Assembly (NCBI GenBank): GCA_003170275.1
Contig: PNAM01000059.1
Span: forward strand, 47,389 to 111,388
Source: Myxococcales bacterium
Lineage (GTDB): Bacteria > Myxococcota_A > Polyangia > Palsa-1104
Length of the DNA stretch: 64,000 bases
Direction: 5' to 3'
Part shown: positions 56,680 to 64,000 of the stretch, one piece after another
Position numbering within the stretch: position 1 is the first letter of the stretch
Layout: each line of letters starts with the position of its first letter
The notes under the pieces: model-generated
Told to the model about the DNA's origin: nothing
Databases searched by the model: none
The model's input: the letters and a program-made list of their open reading frames with translations, nothing else
Translations under genes and position numbers: made by a program

Positions 56680-58227
56680 GTGCAACGTAACCTCCGTGCG
56701 ATCGTGCGAGCCGCAATCGAGCTCACCTCCCGCCACGACCGCGAGGCGGTCCTCGACACGATCCTCGGCGAGCTGGAGCGCCTCGTCCCCTTCGACATGG
56801 CGACTGTGATGCGCCTCGAGGGCACAGACCTGCGCGTCCTCGCCGGTCGTGGCTTCCGGCGCGACGTCGATCTCCGCGGCATGTGCTTTAAGCGCGGACA
56901 GAATCCACGGCTCGATCGTGCCCTCTTGGCCCGGGGGACTGTGCGCTTCGTGGATCCCAACGAGGCCGATCCCTTCGACGGCTTCGCCGACGTGCCGCTC
57001 GATCACGTCCACTCGTGCATGGTGGCTCCGATGCGCCTGTCGGGCGAGCTCCTCGGGGTCATCACGGCGGATGCGCTCGAGCCAGCGCATTTCAACGAGA
57101 CCCACGAAGAGGTGATCGAGCTGTTTGGGGCGTTGGCCGCGGTCGCCATCCGAAACGCCGATCTCATCTCCGAGTTGGAGGCCGCGCGCTCCCGGCTGCA
57201 GGGAGAGGTCACCACGCTGGCGGAGGAGACCCGCGACGTCTCCGGCGGCACGCAGTTGGTGGGCGCTTCGGACGTGATGCGGGCGCTGCGCGACGAGATC
57301 GGCATGGTCGGCCCGACCGACACAACGGTGCTCATCCTCGGGGAGACCGGCACGGGAAAGGAGCTCGTGGCGCGCGCGCTACACGCGGCATCGACGCGCT
57401 GGCAGCGTCCGCTCATCCGATTCGACGCCTCGGCGTTGGCGCCCGCGCTCATCGAGTCCCAGCTGTTCGGTCACGTCAAGGGCGCGTTCACCGGAGCGGT
57501 ATCGAGCCGCGCCGGAAAGTTCGAGGTCGCCGACGGCAGCACGCTGTTCCTCGACGAGGTCGGCGAGCTTCCTCTCGATCTGCAACCCCGTCTCTTGCGG
57601 GCGCTGCAGGAGCACGAGATCGAACGGGTCGGCGATCACCACGTGCGGCGCTTCGACGTGCGCATCATCGCCGCCACCAACCGCGACCTTCAGGCCGAGG
57701 TGCGCGCCGGTCGCTTCAGGGCCGACCTGTTCCATCGCTTGGCGGTCTATCCCCTCCAGGTGTCTCCCCTGCGCGTTCGGATCGAGGACATTGCAGCGCT
57801 TGTCGATCACTTCGCCCGCAAGCTCACCTCTCGCCTTCAACTGGAATCGGTGCGCATCGAGCCGACCTTCCTCGACGAGTTGTCACGCTACTCCTGGCCG
57901 GGCAATGTCCGCGAGCTGCAGAACACCGTCGAGCGGGCGCTGGTGCGCGCTCGCTCGCGGGGACGCAAGGTGGTGCGGCTCGACGCCGACGCCGCGCGCG
58001 GCCTCGGGCTGGGAGGGGATCCACCGCGACCATCCGCGAACCGACCGGGGCCGCTCCCGACCGGCACGCTCCGCGACCAAACGGAGCTCTTTCAGCGCGA
58101 GCTGATGGAACGTGCCATCGCCGAGGAGGACGGTAGCCTTGCGCGGGCCGCACGCCTCCTCGGTGAGGACCCTTCGAACTTCCTGCGCCGCCTGCGACGG
58201 CTGCGGCCTGACGGCCGTCGACGCTGA
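56680..58227 (+). CDS. norR: NorR-type NO-responsive sigma-54-dependent transcriptional activator (GAF-AAA+-HTH)
   Basis: The GAF region aligns by eye with E. coli NorR ([45 protein letters not shown]). AAA+ motif [21 protein letters not shown] loop. C-terminal Fis-type HTH. Confidence 0.85.
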   Translation: MQRNLRAIVRAAIELTSRHDREAVLDTILGELERLVPFDMATVMRLEGTDLRVLAGRGFRRDVDLRGMCFKRGQNPRLDRALLARGTVRFVDPNEADPFDGFADVPLDHVHSCMVAPMRLSGELLGVITADALEPAHFNETHEEVIELFGALAAVAIRNADLISELEAARSRLQGEVTTLAEETRDVSGGTQLVGASDVMRALRDEIGMVGPTDTTVLILGETGTGKELVARALHAASTRWQRPLIRFDASALAPALIESQLFGHVKGAFTGAVSSRAGKFEVADGSTLFLDEVGELPLDLQPRLLRALQEHEIERVGDHHVRRFDVRIIAATNRDLQAEVRAGRFRADLFHRLAVYPLQVSPLRVRIEDIAALVDHFARKLTSRLQLESVRIEPTFLDELSRYSWPGNVRELQNTVERALVRARSRGRKVVRLDADAARGLGLGGDPPRPSANRPGPLPTGTLRDQTELFQRELMERAIAEEDGSLARAARLLGEDPSNFLRRLRRLRPDGRRR

Positions 58228-58262
58228 ATGATGGGCCCAGTTCTTGGCAGCCTCCGCGTGCG

Positions 58263-59048
58263 GTGCAGATGAGGACCAGCTACAACCCGGATCACGACCT
58301 CAGTCACAGTGAGTTGACCCTGCGCCCCAATGACCCGCGTTGGCTCGACTTCGTCTTTTGGTCGCTAAACAACAAAGTCAACGAGCACCAATTTGAGGCT
58401 TTCGGAGGCACTGGATGGAGAGGCCCAACGAGTGGAATCCTCTTCCATTGGGCTCCGGGTTCACACTGGGAGCGCGACACGGTCCACAGCTTCGGTTTCG
58501 TCATTGGCCACATCGTTGGGGAACATCGCTGGACGGACACGATGTTCCCCGACTTCTTCGAAAAATACGGTGGCACCTACGGCATCAACATCAAAGATCG
58601 GCTGGTCGAAATCGACCCACGTTCGAATGCGCCGTGGGTCGCATTTCTCGACTACATCGGAGGATCTGGGAGTCCTTACTTTCGCTACCTCCTGCACATA
58701 GACGCGTCTGTCGATCTCAATCTGCGTCAGATCGCGCTGACCGCGGGCCAAGGCGTGGCGTTCAACTATTCCTTCGATCGCTATTACGACGAGCTCGCGA
58801 TGATTCTGACTGATTGCTCAGCCTTCCAATTCTTTCAAATGTACGATCGCTTCGGGCCGGGCTTTGCCGCGGAGGGAAATTGGGCGAACCAACCGATGCC
58901 AGAGACGGCGCTGTCACGGATAGGCTACGCGGATCACCTCCGCTACGCGCCTGGCATGGGATCTGGTGGAGCGGCGGCCTGGAACGTGGAGCCAACAGGC
59001 CGGCGCACGTTGAGATACCCACTGACCTTCCCGAAGCAGATCGCATGA
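58263..59048 (+). CDS. hypothetical protein, no recognised family, no signal peptide
   Basis: 261-aa ORF in a markedly lower-GC patch. His/Trp-rich segment HWAPGSHWERDTVHSFGFVIGHIVGEHRW. ATGA overlap with the next gene. Confidence 0.5.
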   Translation: MQMRTSYNPDHDLSHSELTLRPNDPRWLDFVFWSLNNKVNEHQFEAFGGTGWRGPTSGILFHWAPGSHWERDTVHSFGFVIGHIVGEHRWTDTMFPDFFEKYGGTYGINIKDRLVEIDPRSNAPWVAFLDYIGGSGSPYFRYLLHIDASVDLNLRQIALTAGQGVAFNYSFDRYYDELAMILTDCSAFQFFQMYDRFGPGFAAEGNWANQPMPETALSRIGYADHLRYAPGMGSGGAAAWNVEPTGRRTLRYPLTFPKQIA

Positions 59049-59872
59049 GGAACGGGGAAAGTGTCTACTTCAGGGAGTGCGTCGATTGCCACGGGGAGAC
59101 CGGAAATGGGGCGGGATTTCTTGCAGAGAGCTTCGACGTCAAGCCGCGCGATTTCCGGCAAGCCAAATACAAGTTCCGATCGACGCTCTTTGGAGAACTG
59201 CCGACGATTGCGGACGTCGAGCGAAGCGTCCGCGAGGGCGTCCCGGGTACGACGATGCCTGCATGGGGCCAGTTCCTCACGGACAGGGAGATTGGCGACG
59301 TTGCACGCTATCTCGTCGTGTTCTCGCCGAGGTTCATGAGCGCGTGGCGAAAGCACCAGGAACCAACGCGCTTGCAGATCTCTGCGGTTCCACCCGAGGT
59401 TGCCGAGTTGTCATCGCATCCTATCGGCGATCCTCATCCGTGCAGCAGCCGACTGCATGACCGTTCGTATGCGTGCGAGGGGGAGAAGCTTTCGCACGTG
59501 ACGCTCTGTCGGTGGTGCCACGGCGAAGAGGGTCGTGGCGATGGTGAAACCGCGCGCGGCATGACCGATGAGTGGGGCAATCCGATACGTCCAGCCGATT
59601 TGACCTACAAGTGGCTCTTCAAGAATGGCCACGAACCGAGCGACATCTACCGGAGCATCTTTGGCGGTCTGAATGGCACTCCGATGCAGTCCCAGTCGAA
59701 AAATTTTCAGCAGATTAGTCTGAGTGAGCAGGAACGCTGGGAGATCGTGGGCTACGTCTTATCGCTGTCGCCTTCGACGCGGCCAGTGCTTCCTTTGAGG
59801 GACTTCGCAGCACAACGGGCCAAGAGAATCGGTCCTGATGGCCGCGTTGCTCCGGAAAGTCCGAGAGACTGA
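59045..59872 (+). CDS. dihaem c-type cytochrome lacking a recognisable signal peptide
   Basis: CVDCH and CRWCH. The first domain is paralogous to domain 1 of the tetrahaem protein (PRDF...KFRST...GVPGTTMPAW). The N-terminus MRNGESVYF is not hydrophobic. Confidence 0.65.
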   Translation: MRNGESVYFRECVDCHGETGNGAGFLAESFDVKPRDFRQAKYKFRSTLFGELPTIADVERSVREGVPGTTMPAWGQFLTDREIGDVARYLVVFSPRFMSAWRKHQEPTRLQISAVPPEVAELSSHPIGDPHPCSSRLHDRSYACEGEKLSHVTLCRWCHGEEGRGDGETARGMTDEWGNPIRPADLTYKWLFKNGHEPSDIYRSIFGGLNGTPMQSQSKNFQQISLSEQERWEIVGYVLSLSPSTRPVLPLRDFAAQRAKRIGPDGRVAPESPRD

Positions 59873-59993
59873 ATGGAGCAGGGAGAGTGCCAAGCGGTGT
59901 GCCAACAATCGATTAGCATCGACACCATCGCGCGCATGAGGCACGACTGGCTCCGGGCATCGCTGCAGGCGCAGCGCCTTGACGGAGTTGGCA

Positions 59994-61766
59994 ATGGCTG
60001 ATCACACAGACAAGAACGCGTCGAGAGATCGCGTCTCACCCCACGCCGTGCGTGACCTTCGAACGAAGCTCACGGTGGGAGAAGATGTCGTCGATCCCGA
60101 GACCTGGGCCGGCTCCATCCCCGCCGCCTTCGGGATCGCACCCCGGATACGGATCGGCGCGAACCGATGGTTCAACCTGCTCTGGCTGATCCCGATCGGC
60201 TGCGTGGCGTTGATCGTGGCGATCGCCGTGGCGAAGGGCCTGCGCACGATGCCCAGCGTGCAGCAGTTCATCCTCCTACATCCGGGGACGGGGTTCGCCA
60301 CCAACTTCGCCAGCGCGATGCCGGTCTGGCTGCGCGTTCAGCACTTCCTGAATTTGTTCTTCATGATGTTCATCATCCGGGCCGGGCTGCAGATCCTGGC
60401 CGACCATCCCCGGCTGTACTGGACGCGGCACTCGACCCCCGGACGAGAGTGGCTCCGCATGCAGAAGCGGGTGCCCGACGACCCGCTTTGGACCGCGAAG
60501 CAGGAGTCCATCGCGCTGCCGAAACACTTCGGGCTACCGGGCATCCGTCATTCCATCGGGCTGGCGCGCTGGTGGCACCTCGGCGTGGACGTCCTCTGGC
60601 TCGTCAACGGACTCATCTTCTACGTCCTCATGTTTGCGACCGGAGAGTGGCGTCGTCTCGTCCCGACGAGCACGCAGGTGTTCCCCCACGCCGCCTCGGT
60701 CCTGCTCCAGTACCTTTCCCTCGACTGGCCCACCGACAACAGCTGGGTCGCATACAACGGACTGCAGACCATCGCCTATTTCATCACGGTCTTTGTCGCC
60801 GCGCCGCTCGCGCTCGTGACCGGGCTCGGGATGTCGCCCGCGCTCTCCACCCGGTTCAAGCGCGTCAGCAAGCGTCTCAGCATCCAGACGGCTCGCTCGC
60901 TGCACTTCCTCGTCCTGTGCTGGTTTCTCGTCTTCATCGTCATTCACGTCACCCTGGTCTTCACCACCGGCGCGCTGCGGAACTTGAACCACATCTACGC
61001 GGGGACCGACACTGGCAACTGGGTCGGTTTCGGCATGTTCGCGGCTTCGATGGTGGTGGTCACGGTCGCCTGGGTCGCCGCGACCCCCGTGACCCTGCGA
61101 CATCCGCGCTGGGTGCAGCGCATCGGGTTCGCGCTGATCGGCCCGGCGCAACGGCTGTTCGAGCACGTCGACGCGACGCCCGGCGAATACACCGAGAAGG
61201 ATATCTCGCCGTACTTCTGGCACAACGGCAAGTATCCCGATTCGGCCGAGTATCGTGCCCTCTTCGACAGCCAGTTCGCGAACTATCGCCTCCGAGTCGG
61301 CGGGCTCGTCGAGAACCCGATCGAACTGACACTGACAGAGCTGCGCGCGCTGCCGCACCACGAACAGATCACTCAGCACTTCTGCATCCAGGGCTGGTCG
61401 GGCATCGCCAAATGGGGTGGCGTGTCGATGCAGACCATCCTCGAGTTGGTCAAGCCCAAATCCGAGGCGAAGTGGGTGGTGTTCTACTCGCTCGGCGACG
61501 GCCCGGACAAGGGCCTCTACTACGATGCGCATCCCATCGAGCAGATGAGCTACCACCTCACGATGCTCGCCTACGACATGAACGGCCAGCCGCTGTCGTA
61601 CGGGCACGGGGCGCCGCTTCGCCTTCGCAACGAGGTCCAGCTCGGTTTCAAGCAGGTGAAGTGGATCGCTGGCATCGAGTTCGTCGCCCACTACTCCGAG
61701 GTTGGCGGCGGTCACGGCGGCTACAACGAAGACCACGAGTTCTTCGGGTATCGACAATCGATCTGA
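59994..61766 (+). CDS. membrane cytochrome b561-like domain fused to a sulfite-oxidase-fold molybdopterin oxidoreductase domain
   Basis: About eight TM helices with conserved His residues. C-terminal HFCIQGWSGIAKWGGVSMQTIL and GAPLRLR motifs of the MsrP/YedY-type Moco domain. GGAG lies 6 nt before the ATG. Confidence 0.8.
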   Translation: MADHTDKNASRDRVSPHAVRDLRTKLTVGEDVVDPETWAGSIPAAFGIAPRIRIGANRWFNLLWLIPIGCVALIVAIAVAKGLRTMPSVQQFILLHPGTGFATNFASAMPVWLRVQHFLNLFFMMFIIRAGLQILADHPRLYWTRHSTPGREWLRMQKRVPDDPLWTAKQESIALPKHFGLPGIRHSIGLARWWHLGVDVLWLVNGLIFYVLMFATGEWRRLVPTSTQVFPHAASVLLQYLSLDWPTDNSWVAYNGLQTIAYFITVFVAAPLALVTGLGMSPALSTRFKRVSKRLSIQTARSLHFLVLCWFLVFIVIHVTLVFTTGALRNLNHIYAGTDTGNWVGFGMFAASMVVVTVAWVAATPVTLRHPRWVQRIGFALIGPAQRLFEHVDATPGEYTEKDISPYFWHNGKYPDSAEYRALFDSQFANYRLRVGGLVENPIELTLTELRALPHHEQITQHFCIQGWSGIAKWGGVSMQTILELVKPKSEAKWVVFYSLGDGPDKGLYYDAHPIEQMSYHLTMLAYDMNGQPLSYGHGAPLRLRNEVQLGFKQVKWIAGIEFVAHYSEVGGGHGGYNEDHEFFGYRQSI

Positions 61767-61786
61767 GACGAAGGAGGCGAACCGAA

Positions 61787-62152
61787 ATGACCCAAATGGA
61801 GACCACGACACGCGGGAGCATCTCTGACCTGGCAGCCATTGACCCCGAGTTGCGAGCAGAAGACGCCTACGCGCGCGAGGGCCACACGGCGCGTACACTG
61901 GTGCGCGAGTCCGACGTCCGGATCGTGCTCGTCGTGATGAAGGCGGGCGCCCGCATCGCGGAGCATCACGCCAACGAAACGGCCGTCGTCCAAGCTCTCA
62001 CCGGACACGTGCGGCTACGCCTTCCAGACAAAACGGCCGATTTGCCGGCCGGCCGGCTGCTCGCGCTCGATCCAGGACTGCAGCATGATGTGGAGGCCAT
62101 CGTCGACAGCGCGTTCCTGCTCACGCTCGGGTGGCGGGCTGGGAGCCGGTAG
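61787..62152 (+). CDS. cupin domain protein
   Basis: GARIAEHHANETAVVQALTGHVRL cupin motif. AAGGAGG RBS at 61771-77. Confidence 0.7.
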   Translation: MTQMETTTRGSISDLAAIDPELRAEDAYAREGHTARTLVRESDVRIVLVVMKAGARIAEHHANETAVVQALTGHVRLRLPDKTADLPAGRLLALDPGLQHDVEAIVDSAFLLTLGWRAGSR

Positions 62153-62236
62153 CCCGATGAGCTCGCATGGACGTCGAGTTCCGCCGTGGGCGTGCCTGAT
62201 CCGATCCCCTCGGATCTGTCACGGTCTGAGTGAGAC

Positions 62237-63754
62237 ATGATCCGTGGACAGAGCTGGCGAGGCGTGCGCATCTACACGGTCGGGCATTCGACGCGGACGC
62301 TGGACGAGTTGGTTGGGCTCCTTCGAGCCTTCGAGGTCACCGTGTTGGCCGATATCCGAACCATCCCCAAATCACGACACAACCCCCAGTTCAACGGCGA
62401 CGCGCTTCGCTCGCGACTTCGCTCGCGTCGCATTCGCTACGTACATCTCTCGGAGCTCGGAGGTCTGCGCCGGGCACGGAAGGATTCACCCAACACCGCG
62501 TGGCGTAACGCGAGCTTCCGGGGGTTCGCCGACTACATGATGACCGAGGACTTCGAGGCCGGGCTCTCGAAGTTGCATGCGCTGGCCGCGGAGCGAAGAG
62601 TCGCTCTGATGTGCGCGGAAGCCGTGCCCTGGCGTTGCCATCGCTCCCTCGTCGCCGACGCCCTGACGGCCCGCGGAGCCCAGGTGCAGCACATCATGAG
62701 CGCCAAGCACTCGGCGCCGCACCGCATGACGGCGTTCGCCGTGGTCAAACGTACCCGCGTCACCTATCCCGGAGACGACCCCGCGGGCATGCCGCTCGTC
62801 ACTCGGGCGCCGTTCCATCTCGAGGCGACGGTGCGAGTGCTGCAGCGCCGCCCGACGAACCTGGTCGAGGTCTGGGAACAGGAGCGCTACCAGCGAGTGC
62901 TCGCGACAGCGGACGGTCTTGTGCTGGTCGAGGTGGCGAATCACGGAACGATCGAGGTTCCGGATGTTCGGCTCGCCGTTCTGCGGGGCAGCCTTTCTGC
63001 CTCCACGCGCACGACGGTCGAACGGACGGTGCGCAAGATGCTCGGTCTGGATGTAGATCCGGAGCCCCTGCAAGCTCTGGCCGAGGCCGAACGGAGACTT
63101 CGTCCCACGGCGCTCGCGCTGCGCGGCATGCGACCGCCGCGGTTCGCCGAGTTGTTCGAGGCGTTCGTAAATGTAGTGCCGTTCCAGCAGGTGAGCCTCG
63201 ACGCCGGTGTGGCCATCGTGGGCCGGCTGGTGGAGCGCTTCGGCGCGTCGCTCGAGCATGAAGGCCGTCGCTTCTATGCGCTCCCTACAGCTCGGGTCAT
63301 CGCCGAGGCTCGCCTTGACGTGCTCAGAAAATGCGGCCTAAGCCTTCGGAAATCCGAGACTCTCCGCAACGTCGCGAACGCGATCGCGTCGGGGGAGCTC
63401 AGCGAGGAGAAGCTCGCGCATATGAGCAGCAAAGAGGCGATGCGGGTCCTGGCCGAGCTGAAGGGCATCGGCCCCTGGAGCGCCAGTCTGATTCTACTGC
63501 GCGGCCTGGGACGCCTCGACGTGTTCCCACCGGGTGACGTCGGCGTAGCCCGTGGGCTCAAAAGGCTGTTGCGCCTCGATCCCGGACCATCGCTCGATCG
63601 GGTCGTCCGGCGCTTCGGCGACCATCGCGGCTACCTCTATTTCTGCTCTCTTGGCGGCAGCCTGCTCGGCAAGGGCCTCATTCACGCGGCGCCCCTGCGG
63701 CCACGCGTGCGGCAATCCGAACAGCGTCGGCCGACGCGCCCGAGCCGCGCTTGA
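62237..63754 (+). CDS. DUF488 domain fused to an AlkA-type (HhH-GPD) DNA glycosylase
   Basis: N-terminus IYTVGHSTRTLDELVGLL...ADIRTIPKSRHNPQFN...MCAEAVPWRCHRSLVAD (DUF488). C-terminus LKGIGPWSASLILLRGLGRLDVFPPGDVGV (HhH plus catalytic Asp). Confidence 0.75.
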   Translation: MIRGQSWRGVRIYTVGHSTRTLDELVGLLRAFEVTVLADIRTIPKSRHNPQFNGDALRSRLRSRRIRYVHLSELGGLRRARKDSPNTAWRNASFRGFADYMMTEDFEAGLSKLHALAAERRVALMCAEAVPWRCHRSLVADALTARGAQVQHIMSAKHSAPHRMTAFAVVKRTRVTYPGDDPAGMPLVTRAPFHLEATVRVLQRRPTNLVEVWEQERYQRVLATADGLVLVEVANHGTIEVPDVRLAVLRGSLSASTRTTVERTVRKMLGLDVDPEPLQALAEAERRLRPTALALRGMRPPRFAELFEAFVNVVPFQQVSLDAGVAIVGRLVERFGASLEHEGRRFYALPTARVIAEARLDVLRKCGLSLRKSETLRNVANAIASGELSEEKLAHMSSKEAMRVLAELKGIGPWSASLILLRGLGRLDVFPPGDVGVARGLKRLLRLDPGPSLDRVVRRFGDHRGYLYFCSLGGSLLGKGLIHAAPLRPRVRQSEQRRPTRPSRA

Positions 63755-64000
63755 GACCTGTAGACTCTCAACGCGCTGTTCCTACGGCACAATCCTTCCG
63801 ATCGTCAGCCTGGCTTATCCTCACCGTTCTCGCGGGCACCATGCTCGGTTTCGTGGCAGCCATCCTCTACTCGGAGCGCAGCGCGTCGAAGCTTGACGCC
63901 AACGCGGTCAGCATCGCGACCAATGCCTCGCCGGCGATTGAGGACCTCTCGGCCGCACGCGGTGAGATCCTGCGAATTGAACTGGAAGCCGCCTCGATTA
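63751..64000 (+). CDS. membrane-anchored protein, N-terminal fragment (continues past the window)
   Basis: Frame open from 63751 to the window end. Basic N-terminus, then TM helix AWLILTVLAGTMLGFVAAILY. TTG start is tentative. Confidence 0.3.
   Translation, partial: MRPVDSQRAVPTAQSFRSSAWLILTVLAGTMLGFVAAILYSERSASKLDANAVSIATNASPAIEDLSAARGEILRIELEAASI

Noticed and set aside
58244-58262. Sigma-54-like motif TGGCAGcctccgcGTGC upstream of the unknown ORF
   Set aside because: The -12 position reads GT instead of the invariant GC at the correct GG-N10-GC spacing, so it was not called.
60167-61898. The 60167..61786 part of the 661-aa ORF, and 60534..61898(-)
   Set aside because: They are alternate frames of the cytochrome b/Moco gene. 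Only the in-frame segment from the ATG at 61787 (cupin, with an AAGGAGG RBS) is credible.
40500-64000. Search for attR, a direct repeat of the tRNA-Val 3' half (GGTCCGAATCCTGTACGCCCCA or the canonical GGTTCGAATCC version)
   Set aside because: No convincing copy was found by eye. The best partial matches are gttcgaatgc at about 58621 and cgtacgccgg at about 41441, both without flanking identity. The right boundary is therefore left undefined and needs a computational search.

Overview
High-GC (about 70%) bacterial chromosome segment with dense, often 4-nt-overlapping operons. Gene content looks like Myxococcota, but that is inference only.

Left two-thirds, about 1-38.6 kb, ordinary core genes:
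- guaA 3' end and lipid metabolism genes (CDP-alcohol phosphatidyltransferase, crotonase, PlsC).
- queA-like, SDR and NmrA-like genes.
- A polysaccharide locus with three GT4 glycosyltransferases and a nucleotide-sugar dehydrogenase.
- Kelch/IPT and WD40 exported proteins.
- A small 6-Cys bufferin-like precursor next to DoxX.
- An HD-GYP response regulator.
- A peroxiredoxin-CheB-CheR/PAS-hybrid kinase operon.
- A peptide-type ABC importer.
- A GldF/GldG-like ABC exporter with a DUF4340 gene.

Accessory mosaic, from tRNA-Val(CAC) at 38.69 kb onwards:
- A compact integrase/xis element with two replication-relaxation-like paralogues, a repeat-dense intergenic region holding a 138-nt perfect-stem hairpin, and a small tandem-RHH-like gene.
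- An NO/nitrite stress module (two hemerythrins, NnrS-like, MarR, an HPP relic) bracketed by two transposase relics.
- A Sec-type (clade II-like) nosZ cluster: nosZ, a nosB-like module fused in frame to nosD, nosF, nosY, nosL, a tetrahaem cytochrome c and DUF2249.
- This cluster is transcribed divergently from a NorR-type sigma-54 activator. Three GT-N7-AC boxes and a -24/-12 motif lie in the shared intergenic region.
- A lower-GC block: an unknown ORF coupled to a signal-less dihaem cytochrome c, a cytochrome b/Moco oxidoreductase fusion and a cupin.
- A DUF488-AlkA fusion.

No rRNA genes or CRISPR arrays were seen. All family assignments come from motif recognition by eye and need HMM or BLAST confirmation.
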